Virus record (IMG/VR): IMGVR_UViG_3300031673_000058
Span: 1 to 55,168 of that record
Length of the DNA: 55,168 bases
Origin: a virus
Taxonomy: Duplodnaviria > Caudoviricetes
Reading direction: 5' to 3' (one strand)
Part shown: in pieces, positions 18,532-28,928 of the stretch
Layout of the letters: each line of letters opens with the position of its first letter
Numbering within the stretch: position 1 is the stretch's first letter
Notes under the pieces: generated by a model
Seen by the model: the letters and a program-made list of their open reading frames with translations, nothing else
What the model was told of the DNA's origin: nothing
Database searches by the model: none
Program-made: the position numbers and the translations under genes

Positions 18532-19542
18532 ATGCAGCTTACATTTGCGGGATTTCATCAGCCGAAAGACGGATATGGGTACGCGACGATCAAGATCGCG
18601 GCGGCGTTGCTGAAGGATGCGCCGGAGACGACCGTGTTAAACCTGGGTGTGCCGGTGCTGGACGAGGCGCAGCGATGGGAGACTTACGCGCCCACGGTGG
18701 CGTTGTGTACTCCCGATTGGCTGCCGTTGATCGACACCAACGGCGCGCCGTTGGTGAGTTATACGATGTTTGAGGCGACGCGGCTGCCCGCCGGATGGGT
18801 GGAGAAGCTCAACCGCTACGCGGTGCTGGTGTTGGTCCCCTGCGCGTGGTGCAAGACCATCTTCGAGGCCAATGGCGTGACCAGGCCGATTGAGATAATC
18901 AAGTGGGGAATCGATCCGCAGGATTATTTCCCGCTAAAGCGCCGGCATAAGGGCCGCCCGTACACGTTCTTGTGGAGCGGGACTCCCGATGGGCGCAAGG
19001 GCTGGTCGATTGCGTATACCGCGTTCCGGCGCGCGTTTGGGGATCGGAAGGATGTACGGCTCGTGATGCACTTCCGCCAAATGCCGCCGGGGATCAAGGG
19101 CGTGCTCGACGATAATGTGCAGTTGATCGAGGGGCTGTTCGACCTGCCCAAGCTGCGGGAGATGCTGCAAGACGCCGACTGCTTCGTGTTCCCGTCGCGG
19201 GGGGAAGGATGGGGACTGCCGCCCCGCGAGGCCGCCGCGACGGGCCTGCCGGTGATCGCTACGGATTACGGAGGCCTGGCGGAAGATATTTACGCTTGGG
19301 CGCTTCCCATTACCACGAAGGGAATGTCGATAGCCGATTACGGTCCAGAGGAATGGGGCGACCTCGGCTATTGGGCAGAACCGGACGGCGCGGTACTGGA
19401 AGGGTGGCTGCACTGGTGCGTCGAGCATCCTGAAGATGCAGCAGACTTTGGACGGCGCGCAGCTTCAACTATGGCGCGCACGCCCTGGGAACGAACAGCG
19501 CGCGAGATTGTGGAGGTGCTACGATGCAGATTAGGTTTGTAG
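18532..19542 (+). CDS. GT4 (GT-B) glycosyltransferase
   Basis: FEATRLP, RKG, ADCFVFPSRGEGWGLPPREAAATGLPVI. Confidence 0.9.
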   Translation: MQLTFAGFHQPKDGYGYATIKIAAALLKDAPETTVLNLGVPVLDEAQRWETYAPTVALCTPDWLPLIDTNGAPLVSYTMFEATRLPAGWVEKLNRYAVLVLVPCAWCKTIFEANGVTRPIEIIKWGIDPQDYFPLKRRHKGRPYTFLWSGTPDGRKGWSIAYTAFRRAFGDRKDVRLVMHFRQMPPGIKGVLDDNVQLIEGLFDLPKLREMLQDADCFVFPSRGEGWGLPPREAAATGLPVIATDYGGLAEDIYAWALPITTKGMSIADYGPEEWGDLGYWAEPDGAVLEGWLHWCVEHPEDAADFGRRAASTMARTPWERTAREIVEVLRCRLGL

Positions 19543-19901
19543 GCCCGCAGGTAGTGCGGCGGTTGGTGGAACAGTATGAATGGAGCCGCGCGACCGGATT
19601 TGTGCAGGAAGTAGTCGAGGCGGGTTTGGTCGCCGAGCTACTGACCGAGCCGGGGGGTGCGTTCGTAGTGGATAGTGACGACGCGATACTCCGGCTCGCG
19701 GGCATTGGCCCACAACGCGCCGCGGAGATGGCGCTGGCCGGGATCGCCACACTATCTGATTTGGCGGCGTTGGATGACACGGGGATCACACGGCTGGATA
19801 AGACGATTTGGGCCAGTCGCAAGCAAATCCACGCATGGGTTAGCCAGGCGCGGGGTATTTTGAAAAATTCAGGTAAAGAAGATTGGGAGGTAACAGGATG
19901 A
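19524..19901 (+). CDS. Helix-hairpin-helix domain protein
   Basis: LAGIGPQRAAEMALAGIATLSDLA. Confidence 0.65.
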   Translation: MQIRFVGPQVVRRLVEQYEWSRATGFVQEVVEAGLVAELLTEPGGAFVVDSDDAILRLAGIGPQRAAEMALAGIATLSDLAALDDTGITRLDKTIWASRKQIHAWVSQARGILKNSGKEDWEVTG

Positions 19902-20428
19902 CGACTGACTATGGACAAAAGCCTTTTGGCATTTACGACATCAAGTTGACGAATATCGCCGGGAGCACTCAGGTGGACTTGCCTTACGCGCAGACGATGC
20001 AGTTTTCTGAGCGTCTGGTGAGCGGGGAGCTGCGCGGCGATGGGAAGACGGTGGCCGTGGTGAGCGAGGTGGACGCGGTGGAGGCCAGTCTGGAAGCGGG
20101 CGGGATCAGTTTGGAAGCCTACGCGCTGATGACCGGGCGCACGGTCAGTGTATCGGGTACGACACCCACGTGCAAGACGACGCTTACCGGCGATGGCGCG
20201 GAGCGGCTGCCATATTTCAAGGTTTACGGCAAGAGTCTGGCGGACGGCATCGACGATATTCACGTGAAGCTCTACAAGTGCAAACTCACGAATGGATTGG
20301 AAGGGAGTCTCGGCGACGGCGAGTTCATGATGTCTTCGATGGGGTCCATCATCTGTATCGATGACGGGGCGAACGGGATTTGGGACATCGTGCAAAATGA
20401 GACGGCGGAGGAGTTGCCAACAACTTAA
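19898..20428 (+). CDS. Major tail (tube) protein
   Basis: KPFGIYDIKL, ELRGD, PYFKVYGKS, LYKCK; upstream of chaperone and tape measure. Confidence 0.75.
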   Translation: MTTDYGQKPFGIYDIKLTNIAGSTQVDLPYAQTMQFSERLVSGELRGDGKTVAVVSEVDAVEASLEAGGISLEAYALMTGRTVSVSGTTPTCKTTLTGDGAERLPYFKVYGKSLADGIDDIHVKLYKCKLTNGLEGSLGDGEFMMSSMGSIICIDDGANGIWDIVQNETAEELPTT

Positions 20429-20432
20429 ACGA

Positions 20433-20533
20433 TTAGCGGGCGTTTTTTCGGGCGTGTAGATGACAGCCGGTAGACGGAAAACGGGACTGTTTGGCGTAGG
20501 GAACGCCCGCTAATCGACATTAACGGACGATAA
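20433..20533. other. Tripartite site 3
   Basis: TTAGCGGGCGTTTT ... GGAACGCCCGCTAA-tcgaca-TTAACGGACGATAA; unit 20433-20513 (81 bp). Confidence 0.8.
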
Positions 20534-20614
20534 CCACGGATAGGAGAAATATCCGATGGGAGCGGAGCGCGCTATGAAAAGCGCGGCTACGGCCACGGGA
20601 AGGAGAAATACACG

Positions 20615-21010
20615 ATGGATTTACAGACATGGCGAAAACAACAACAGGAAGGGGAAGAGATGCAGCTCCCTTCGGGCCTGGTAGTAAAGCTGTGCCGGGT
20701 GAGCTTGATGGATATGGCCGTGCGCGGCGATGTACCGGCGCCGCTGGTGGCGCAGGTAAATCAGGTGATGAGCAAGGGTATTGGCGACATCACTGTGGAG
20801 AGTGCGACCGAATACGCGACCGCGATTAACCTGGTAGTGAAGGCCGCCGTCATCGATCCCCGGGTCACGGACGAACCCGGCGAGCACAGCGTCGGCGTGG
20901 GCGAACTGCCGATCATCGACCGGCTGGCAATCTTCCGCGAGTGCAACCGCTATGGTGAAGCCCTGAAGCCCTTTCGTCGAGAACTCCCGGTTACTATGGA
21001 ATCTGCATAG
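20615..21010 (+). CDS. Tail assembly chaperone (gpG-like)
   Basis: Between tail tube and tape measure; LPSG; CCC TTT CGT near the end. Confidence 0.75.
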   Translation: MDLQTWRKQQQEGEEMQLPSGLVVKLCRVSLMDMAVRGDVPAPLVAQVNQVMSKGIGDITVESATEYATAINLVVKAAVIDPRVTDEPGEHSVGVGELPIIDRLAIFRECNRYGEALKPFRRELPVTMESA

Positions 21011-21248
21011 CCTGGGCGTTGCCTATGGGCAGCGCCCGGCCAGCTATCTGGGCCTGGACTTGGACGCCGATAGCTGGGAGGCCTACCAGGTGGATATGGC
21101 GTGCTTGACGGTCGGGCGCGACATAGAGGAACGCCTCCGCAAGAAGCGCCCTCTGCCGTGGCAGGATGGCAAACAACCACGTGGGGGATTCTCCCGGTTG
21201 AGCGGACGCGCGCGAAAGGTGAAGGTACCGGAAAGCGGGATTTGGTGA
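20973..21248 (+). CDS. Frameshift extension of the tail chaperone (gpT-like)
   Basis: +1 frame open from 20967 to 21248; AYGQRPASYLGL...EAYQVDMAC. Confidence 0.6.
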   Translation, partial: FVENSRLLWNLHSLGVAYGQRPASYLGLDLDADSWEAYQVDMACLTVGRDIEERLRKKRPLPWQDGKQPRGGFSRLSGRARKVKVPESGIW

Positions 21249-21285
21249 GTGCTGGATTGTGATCCAGCACAAGCGGAGATAGGCT

Positions 21286-24200
21286 ATGGCGATTGAACTC
21301 GGTAGTGCATACGGGAAGGTAGAGCTAGACGCGCAAGGCGTAAAGAAAGGCGCGCAGCAGGCGCAGGACGCACTCGGCGGGCTAGAGAAGTCGGTCAATG
21401 ACGTTTTCAACTTCTCGATGGGGGCCTTGGTCGCGCAAGGTATCGGGAAATTGATCGGTAGCGCGCGCGAGTTGTACGGTGAGACGAAGACGTTGGCGAC
21501 AGAGTTTCAGTCGCAGATGGCGATCATGTCCACGGCGGTGGATCCGGCCACGGCTTCGATGGAGACACTGAAAGACGCGGCGTTCGCTGTGGGCGGCGAC
21601 ATCACGCTGGTGGGGATCGATGCGCAGCAAGCCGCCGGCTCGATGACGGACCTGTTCAAGAGCGGCAAGAGCGTCAGCGACGTGTTCGGCGACCTGGAAG
21701 GGTACATGGCCGGGACCGCCGAACTGGGCGGGATTCTGCGCGCCTCTGTGGACTTGCAAGCTGCGTCGATGCTCGATCTGGATGGCGCGACCACGCTGGT
21801 CAATTCCACGATGAGCACCTACGGCCTGACTGCGCAAGACGCGGTAGACATAACTAACAATTTCGTGCGCACGGCGGACGCGAGCCAGGCCGAAGTTGAA
21901 GACCTGGCGGCTGCGCATCAAAACGCGGCGATTGTGCTGGCCTCGTTCGGGTACACCCTCGAAGATACCAACACGGCGCTGGCGCTGCTGAGCGAGAGCG
22001 CGCTGAAGGGCGCGGAGGCGGGTACGAGTTTGCGGGCGATGATCAATAATATGCTGCGCCCGACGAACAAGACTGCGGATGCCTGGCGCGAGCTTAACAT
22101 CAGCCTGTATGATAGCGAGGGGCAACTCAAAAAGATGCCGCAGTTGATCGGGGAACTGGTTCCCGCACTGCAAAATGTGACCACCGAACGGCGCAATGAG
22201 TTGGTGTATTTGCTGGCCGGGGCGGACGGCCAGCGGGCGCTGAATATCCTGTTGAGCAACGGCGCGGACGGCTGGCGAGATATGGAGCAGGCCATCGCCG
22301 GGGCATCGAGCGCGCAGGAGGTGGCGGCGGCGCGCGCGGCGACGCTCCGGGGGGCAGAAGAGGCACTGGAAGGAACACTGGACACCCTCAAGGCGAAGGT
22401 GGGGGATGAGTTCATCCCGGTGTGGACGGAGATGGCACAGGGGTTGGCGGCATTCTATGATGAGAACGGGCCGCAGATTGTGGCGATGGCGGGCAAGATC
22501 GCGGATGCGGTGTTGGGGATTATGGATGCGCTGAGCGATATGGACCCGGTGTTGGTCAATTCGGCGGTGCAGCTGGGGGGACTGGCGATTATAGCCGGGA
22601 CCGGATACCTAGCGTTTGTAAAACTCGCGCCGGTGGTGGGCGCGTTGGGGCCGGTGCTCTCCGAAGCCGCAGTGGGGATGCAACTCTATGCCGGCGGCGC
22701 GACGGCGGCGGAGGTCGCGTCGTTGGGCTTGTCGGCTGCGCTTGTGCCTATCGTGGTGGGATTAGCGGCGGTGGTGTTGAGCGTAGTCGCGATCAACAAG
22801 GCGCTCCAACTCTACAAGGATATTGTGGAGCAAACTGAGACGGTCGGGTCGGATTGGGCGAAGCAACTGGACAAGATCGCGGAAAGCTCTACTTCCGCGC
22901 AGGCCGTGGCGGAGAAGTACGCGACCAAACAAGCGGAAATCAACACGATCCTGGACGAAAGCAACCCGTTCGCCGTGGCGTTCATCGACAAACAGGCTGT
23001 GATGAATGCCAGCGGCGAGAAGTTGAACCACACATTGCTAACATCGGCTAACAGCTACGAGGATTATCGCGTAGCGGTGGAGCAGGTTAATCAAGCAATA
23101 CGGAAAAGCGGAACATCGTACAACCAGTATGGCAAAGAGATTCTCGACACACAGTTTGTTGCCGAATACAGTATCGAGGTGATAGATGCGACGACCTACG
23201 CGATGGAAAAGAATGCGCTTAGCAGTGGGGATTCCGCCGCGGGGGCCAGGTTATACAGTTCGGCATTACAGGATGTGGTCCGGACCACAGCGAAGGCTCT
23301 GATTTCGACGCAAGCCCTAAATGAAGAACAGGCGGCGCTTGAAGAACAGGCGGCGCTGTACGACACGCTCTCTACGTCGTTGGGGAATACCGGGTTGAGC
23401 CAAGCGGCGATGACACGCAAGCAGGGGGAACTGGCCGTGCAGATGGGTTACACCACACGGCTGGCGAATATGCAGGCCAGCGCGATGGATTTGCTGGCCT
23501 ACGAGTACGGTCAGGGAAACATCACGCAGTACCAGTACGTGGCAGCGGGCCAGGCCGTGCAGGCGGTGCATGCGGACAGTGTGGCGGGCTACCGGGAAGT
23601 AATGGGCGTGGTGCAGGAAGCCACCGGCAAGTACCAGGTGATGGGCGCGGCGGCGGCGAATTTGCCCGGCACGCTGCGCGACCTGGCGACGGCGGCGCAG
23701 GAGAGCGCGGCGGCGCAGGAGGAGATGGCGAAGCGCGCGGCGGCGGCCTGGGAGACGTTCACCGGCAATGTGCAGACGGGTGTGGCGGGGGCATTGGAAG
23801 CGTACAAGACTCACAATAAGGATATGTTAGCTGAGCAACAGCGCGCGCTCGGCGAGATGCTGTGGACGCAAACCGACCAGATGTTGGGAATGGGTCAGAT
23901 CACCAAAGATCAGGCGCTGGAGATGAAGTCGGCGCTGGCCGGGGAGTTCGGCATCGTGGTGGACGAGGTGCAACTGGCGACCGATAGGCTGCTGGGGCTG
24001 TTCAGCGATTGGGCGACGGGGGGAAAGACTTCGGCGGATGACGTGGTGGGTTTCATCAAAAACATCGGCACGGAGAGTGCGACATTGACGGCCGACGCGA
24101 AGGCCGACATCACCGCGCAGATTACAGCGTGGGAAACACTGCGCGCCAGCGCGGACACCGAGAGTACGACGATGATCTCCCGCATGGGCGATCTGGGGCT

Positions 24201-24693
24201 GGAAGTGGATACGCAGGGCGGCATCATCGAGACGGCGTTCGCCGACGCGGGGAGCGCATCCGGCACGATGGCCGGGGACGTTGAGGGGGCGGCGGGACGC
24301 GCGGTGACGGCGATCGTCAACATTCAGACCGCGATAGACGGGCTGCCGGAGTACAAGAAGATTGAGATTGAGATCGTGAAGACCGGCGATGAGGCTTTCG
24401 ACCAGGGTTCACCACAATTCAAGTTTTATTACTCGCTGCAAGACCTGGTGCAGTATGCGAAAGATCACCCGGTCGAGATCGGCGTTGCCAGCCGGATGGA
24501 TGGGGGAATGGCGTTGAACGCGCCGGCGTTGGCGCCACTCGCGCCGGTCACAGCGCCAACAAGCATGAGCGACGGCGGGATGTACGATCAGCGGCGCTAC
24601 GAGTTAAACATACCGGTGACGGCGCTGCGCGACGAGCTGGACATCGAGCGACTGGCGGCGCGGGTGGTGACACTGATTCGCGGCCGGCAGTAA
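21286..24693 (+). CDS. Tape measure protein
   Basis: 1135 aa, Ala-rich helical; MAIELGSAYGKVELD; LKGAEAGTSLRAM core. Confidence 0.93.
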   Translation: MAIELGSAYGKVELDAQGVKKGAQQAQDALGGLEKSVNDVFNFSMGALVAQGIGKLIGSARELYGETKTLATEFQSQMAIMSTAVDPATASMETLKDAAFAVGGDITLVGIDAQQAAGSMTDLFKSGKSVSDVFGDLEGYMAGTAELGGILRASVDLQAASMLDLDGATTLVNSTMSTYGLTAQDAVDITNNFVRTADASQAEVEDLAAAHQNAAIVLASFGYTLEDTNTALALLSESALKGAEAGTSLRAMINNMLRPTNKTADAWRELNISLYDSEGQLKKMPQLIGELVPALQNVTTERRNELVYLLAGADGQRALNILLSNGADGWRDMEQAIAGASSAQEVAAARAATLRGAEEALEGTLDTLKAKVGDEFIPVWTEMAQGLAAFYDENGPQIVAMAGKIADAVLGIMDALSDMDPVLVNSAVQLGGLAIIAGTGYLAFVKLAPVVGALGPVLSEAAVGMQLYAGGATAAEVASLGLSAALVPIVVGLAAVVLSVVAINKALQLYKDIVEQTETVGSDWAKQLDKIAESSTSAQAVAEKYATKQAEINTILDESNPFAVAFIDKQAVMNASGEKLNHTLLTSANSYEDYRVAVEQVNQAIRKSGTSYNQYGKEILDTQFVAEYSIEVIDATTYAMEKNALSSGDSAAGARLYSSALQDVVRTTAKALISTQALNEEQAALEEQAALYDTLSTSLGNTGLSQAAMTRKQGELAVQMGYTTRLANMQASAMDLLAYEYGQGNITQYQYVAAGQAVQAVHADSVAGYREVMGVVQEATGKYQVMGAAAANLPGTLRDLATAAQESAAAQEEMAKRAAAAWETFTGNVQTGVAGALEAYKTHNKDMLAEQQRALGEMLWTQTDQMLGMGQITKDQALEMKSALAGEFGIVVDEVQLATDRLLGLFSDWATGGKTSADDVVGFIKNIGTESATLTADAKADITAQITAWETLRASADTESTTMISRMGDLGLEVDTQGGIIETAFADAGSASGTMAGDVEGAAGRAVTAIVNIQTAIDGLPEYKKIEIEIVKTGDEAFDQGSPQFKFYYSLQDLVQYAKDHPVEIGVASRMDGGMALNAPALAPLAPVTAPTSMSDGGMYDQRRYELNIPVTALRDELDIERLAARVVTLIRGRQ

Positions 24694-24739
24694 CTACGGA
24701 GATATAGCAGGATTTTTGGAATGTCAGGATGGGATAGGT

Positions 24740-26140
24740 ATGATTTTACGGGTGACGGACGGGACGACGACGATCAATCTGACGGGGGGAACGAACAGTT
24801 TCTATCTGGCCGAGAATTACGCGCCCAGCACCCCGGAGCTAACCGTCATCGAGGCGGTGGCGCAGGCGGTGCGCGATGGCGGCGGCGTGACCGCCGTGAC
24901 GCGCCGCAACGTAGTCGAAACGGTCACTTTGAGCGTGGTCGCCAGCGCCTTCGCCACTGTGCAGACGGCGCTGCGCGGGCTAGAGACGCTGCTGCTGCAG
25001 GCGCTGCACCGCCAGAACACCGGTAAGGGTACGCAGGTCTTCGTCGAATATCGCGCTGCCGACAGCGGCGACGTGTATCGCAGCGAATTGCTGTACGCGC
25101 GTGCGGAACCGGACCGCGAGATGGCTTCGGCGGGGTGGATCGCCGCCGCCGCGCTGCGCTGCGTGGTGATGTGGCAAAGACGCTTCTACTGGGAGGGGCC
25201 GCGCGTAGAGTTGGCGTTAGACAATACCAGCACCGAGAGCAAGACTTTGGAGGGTGTCACAGTCTATAACCACAGCGACAGCACGGCAGGACACGACAAC
25301 TATGTCGATATTGCGGCCGGCGATGTGGTTGGGGTGCTGCCCTCTCCAGCAGAGATTTCACTCTACAATAGTTATAACTCCGCCACGCGCACGTGGCGAG
25401 CATATATGGCGAATAACATTTTTTCTGCGCCGACCACGTTCGAGCACATCCTGGAAGGCGAAAATGCTGCTTATGTGGCCGGCGGCGCTGCGGCGACGGC
25501 GAATGCCGATTCGAGCAATGGGTATTATCAAGGCGCAACGTGGGGCGGGGATACGCTGACGAAGGCATTTGCGTGGGATCTCTCCTCGACGTTTCTGGGG
25601 CGGGCGCGGGGCAACCGATTCAGGATGTTGGCGCGGGTGGTCTCAACCTCGACCGGGTTGCGCGTGACGGCACGCGTGCTGTTGGTCAATTTGACGACGG
25701 TGGCGGAGACGCCAGAGGTTACGTTGGCAACCGGGTTGAACGATCTGGGTATCATCCAGCTACCGCCGTGGCTGACCGGCCAGACGGGGTTGTATGAGCT
25801 GTCGTTGACGCTCTACGGGCATTTGACCGGCGGTGCGACGTTGAACCTGGATTACATTCAGTTAACGCCGCTGGATGGATACCGGATGCTCATTCCACGC
25901 GGGTATGGGGCAGCTTATCAAACAACGATTGTGGACGATGGCATCACGCGCTCGCTGTACGTGACGTGGGGGGGATCAGGAAAGACCGGGCATTACGTAG
26001 GTCACGGAGAGCCGCTGACTCTGTTCCCAACGGTGGCACAACGTTTGTATTTCCTGTTCTCGAACAGCAGTGGGGGAACAGATATCGCGCGCACGCACGT
26101 CGCGCGCGTTTATTACCGGCCACGATTGCTCACGATTTAG
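24740..26140 (+). CDS. Distal tail/baseplate protein
   Basis: Follows the tape measure; beta-rich; ends YYRPRLLTI. Confidence 0.65.
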   Translation: MILRVTDGTTTINLTGGTNSFYLAENYAPSTPELTVIEAVAQAVRDGGGVTAVTRRNVVETVTLSVVASAFATVQTALRGLETLLLQALHRQNTGKGTQVFVEYRAADSGDVYRSELLYARAEPDREMASAGWIAAAALRCVVMWQRRFYWEGPRVELALDNTSTESKTLEGVTVYNHSDSTAGHDNYVDIAAGDVVGVLPSPAEISLYNSYNSATRTWRAYMANNIFSAPTTFEHILEGENAAYVAGGAAATANADSSNGYYQGATWGGDTLTKAFAWDLSSTFLGRARGNRFRMLARVVSTSTGLRVTARVLLVNLTTVAETPEVTLATGLNDLGIIQLPPWLTGQTGLYELSLTLYGHLTGGATLNLDYIQLTPLDGYRMLIPRGYGAAYQTTIVDDGITRSLYVTWGGSGKTGHYVGHGEPLTLFPTVAQRLYFLFSNSSGGTDIARTHVARVYYRPRLLTI

Positions 26141-26193
26141 CATGAGCGCCCCAGGGACGGGGCTTAGAGCATAAGGCGAGGTTTTGAGCATAG

Positions 26194-27783
26194 ATGGACA
26201 TTCAGCCGGAGTTTCAGACGCGCAACTTTCAGGACGCGCTCAATTTCCCCGACGTGATTTTCAGCGTGCAGAACTATAGCTGGCACGTGCTAGGCGGCCC
26301 ACGCCAGGCGACGGTGACGGCGTGGGGCAACGAGTATGCGATCTGGGATTTGCTGAACTGGCTGCGCGCGCCAGTCATACTGCGCGATAGTGAGGGCAGC
26401 GCGCGCTGGTGGGGGTATCTACACACGGTCGATATTCAGGTGGGCGCGATCCAGGTAGGCGTAAGCCTGGATAGTATGTACAACCGGATCAATGTGGTAT
26501 ACGGCTATCTAGCGCCAGGATCGGCCACGGCGGGCACGCGGGCCAATACCGGATGGGCGCAAGACGATGATGGTGTAAGCGCCTACGGGACGCGCGAACT
26601 CAAATACTCGCTCTCCGAGGCCAGCATCGAAAGTGCAGCGCAGACACGCGACACACTGCTGTCTGCGCTGCGGTATCCGAATCCAACGTTGTTGCCGAAT
26701 TATGGGCAGAGCGATCTGCGCGCCACGCTCACGCTGCACGGTTGGTGGGATACGCTGGATTGGCAGTATTACGCGCAGCCGGCGGGCATCGAGGAACACC
26801 AGGTGAAGGGTATCATCGTACAGGTGGGGACCAGCACGGTGGAGAGGCTGGCGCAGAAGTTCCAGTTGGGCAGCGCGGTAACGTGGGATAGCTATTCGTT
26901 GCACATCCGCGCGAAGGTGTTGGCGGGGACGCCGGGTGATAATTTGCAACTCTCCTTGTACAGTGATTCGGGCGGCGCGCCGGGGAGCCTGCTGTGCGGC
27001 GCGGCGGTAGGCGACACGATCGACGAGAACATCCAATGGGTTTCAGCAGTCCCCTCCACACGAGTCGCGTTAAGCCCGGGGACGACGTACTGGCTGCTGG
27101 TGGCGCGTACCGGCAGCTTGGACAACAGCCACTATTTCGGCGTGGGGGTGGACGAGACGGCAAGCTACGCGCGCGGGACGTTGTTCGCTTACGCGGGCGG
27201 GTCATGGAGCGAATACGATGGAGATCCGGGGACAAGCGGAGTGCAGCCGGTCGCATTGACGTTCCAGGTAACGGGCGTATGGGAGACCACGGCGCAGATC
27301 GAGGATATCGTAGACGATGAGGCGCAGTTTATGACGGCGTGCGAGATCGAAAACGCGAGCGGAATTTATGCGAATCCATACCGCGACGGGGATGGTCTAG
27401 CCGGAGTAGAGATTACCAAGTTGCTGACAGTGGGGACGACGGCGGGGCGGCGTTTGCTGGCAGAGGTGACGGAAGCGCGCGTGCTGCGCGTGTATCTGGA
27501 GCCAGAATGCAGCGAGAGCAACATCACATTGTACATGGACAACGCCGGTGTGCTGTATGGGAAGTGGAACGATATGCAGGCGTTGCGTGGGGATATATCG
27601 CCGGTGGGCCAGTGGTGCCAGTTGCGGGATTGGCCGAGTACGATCAATATGAATCTGTTGGCGGATCCGTCCATCTTCTTCATCGAGTACGCGGAGTTCG
27701 ACATGGGGCGCGAGGCGTGGGTGAATGTGACGCCGCGCGGCGCGCCGACGCCGTGGGAGTTGGCGCAGCTCATACAAGGGTAG
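26194..27783 (+). CDS. Tail tip/hub protein with an inserted beta domain
   Basis: YNRINVVY, SAYGTRE, LSPGTTYWLLV. Confidence 0.6.
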   Translation: MDIQPEFQTRNFQDALNFPDVIFSVQNYSWHVLGGPRQATVTAWGNEYAIWDLLNWLRAPVILRDSEGSARWWGYLHTVDIQVGAIQVGVSLDSMYNRINVVYGYLAPGSATAGTRANTGWAQDDDGVSAYGTRELKYSLSEASIESAAQTRDTLLSALRYPNPTLLPNYGQSDLRATLTLHGWWDTLDWQYYAQPAGIEEHQVKGIIVQVGTSTVERLAQKFQLGSAVTWDSYSLHIRAKVLAGTPGDNLQLSLYSDSGGAPGSLLCGAAVGDTIDENIQWVSAVPSTRVALSPGTTYWLLVARTGSLDNSHYFGVGVDETASYARGTLFAYAGGSWSEYDGDPGTSGVQPVALTFQVTGVWETTAQIEDIVDDEAQFMTACEIENASGIYANPYRDGDGLAGVEITKLLTVGTTAGRRLLAEVTEARVLRVYLEPECSESNITLYMDNAGVLYGKWNDMQALRGDISPVGQWCQLRDWPSTINMNLLADPSIFFIEYAEFDMGREAWVNVTPRGAPTPWELAQLIQG

Positions 27784-27815
27784 ACGATAGACGGTAGACG
27801 GGGGAAGAGTTCTGA

Positions 27816-27915
27816 TTAACTGGCGTTTTACGGGATGATTACGCGCGTATTCAGAGCAGGATTGGCGGAATGTTAGGATTAAAAAGGGCCGTTAAAGAGA
27901 GTTAGCAGACGTAGA
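27816..27915. other. Tripartite site 4
   Basis: TTAACTGGCGTTTT ... AAAAGGGCCGTTAA-agagag-TTAGCAGACGTAGA; 80-bp unit 27816-27895. Confidence 0.85.
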
Positions 27916-27959
27916 CAGTAGACATAGGCGGTAGACGGTAGACGGGAGAAGGGAACACG

Positions 27960-28928
27960 TTGACGAAGGTTACGGAGCTGCTACAGGAAATCAAGCCCTA
28001 TGTGTTAGGGTGGATCGAGACGGGCGGGGGGGAGGAGGGTGGTTACGCGCCCAGCCCGCACGAGCTGGATGGCGCGCACCACGTTGGGACGCTTTCCAGC
28101 AACCAGTATCCCGACGCGCTGCTGCGGGACGGCTCGCGGTCATTGCTGGGAGACCTGGCAGTGGCAGCGGGAATCAAGGTTGACGGGGTGGACGTCAGCG
28201 CCTTCGAGAGTTCCTACGACGCGCATTTGAGCGCCGACGCCCACACGCAGTACGTGCATATCAGCGTGGCGCGGATAATTACGGCGCAACACAGTTTTGC
28301 CCCAACTGCGCCCGGCGCGCCGTTTGTATTAGGCCCCAATGCGCAGGAAGTTCTCGTGACGGGCCTGAACGCCGATCTGTGGAATGGGCAATGTGTAGAT
28401 GCTACCGGTTCAAGTGACGACGATGTACTGACCTGGGACGCTTCCCGCGAGTTATGGATACCGAGACAGCCGCCGCGCCCAGCCGATGCGGAGTTTCACA
28501 TTGATGGGGCATTGGCGGTAGAAACGCAAGTGGCGGGGGTGTGGATTGCTCCGGCTGACGGCTTTATAGCGACGGTCTATATCCATTGCGCCAGTACCGG
28601 GACTTCGGGGGCCACCATCGTGGATGTGAACAAGAACGGGACGACGATTTTCACCGATCAGGGCGCGCGGCCCACGCTGGCCGCGGGCGCGTATCCACCC
28701 GTGGCGACAGCGATGCCGAGCGTAACGACGATCACGGCGGGCGACATCATCAGCGTGGACATAGACCAGGTGGGCGCGAAAGCGAGCGGGTTGTCGGTGC
28801 TGGTGATACTGGACCTGCGCGAGGATGTCGGCGGCGGGGGCAGTGGAGACATCGTATTTTCTATTGGTAACACAATTGATACGCGGAGTTTGTCTGATAG
28901 TTTAGAGGAAAGCCAGGTGACAGTATGA
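27960..28928 (+). CDS. Tail fibre-like protein
   Basis: VDGVDVS, DAHTQY, LNADLWNG, VDVNKNGTTIF, AGDIISVDIDQVG. Confidence 0.7.
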   Translation: MTKVTELLQEIKPYVLGWIETGGGEEGGYAPSPHELDGAHHVGTLSSNQYPDALLRDGSRSLLGDLAVAAGIKVDGVDVSAFESSYDAHLSADAHTQYVHISVARIITAQHSFAPTAPGAPFVLGPNAQEVLVTGLNADLWNGQCVDATGSSDDDVLTWDASRELWIPRQPPRPADAEFHIDGALAVETQVAGVWIAPADGFIATVYIHCASTGTSGATIVDVNKNGTTIFTDQGARPTLAAGAYPPVATAMPSVTTITAGDIISVDIDQVGAKASGLSVLVILDLREDVGGGGSGDIVFSIGNTIDTRSLSDSLEESQVTV

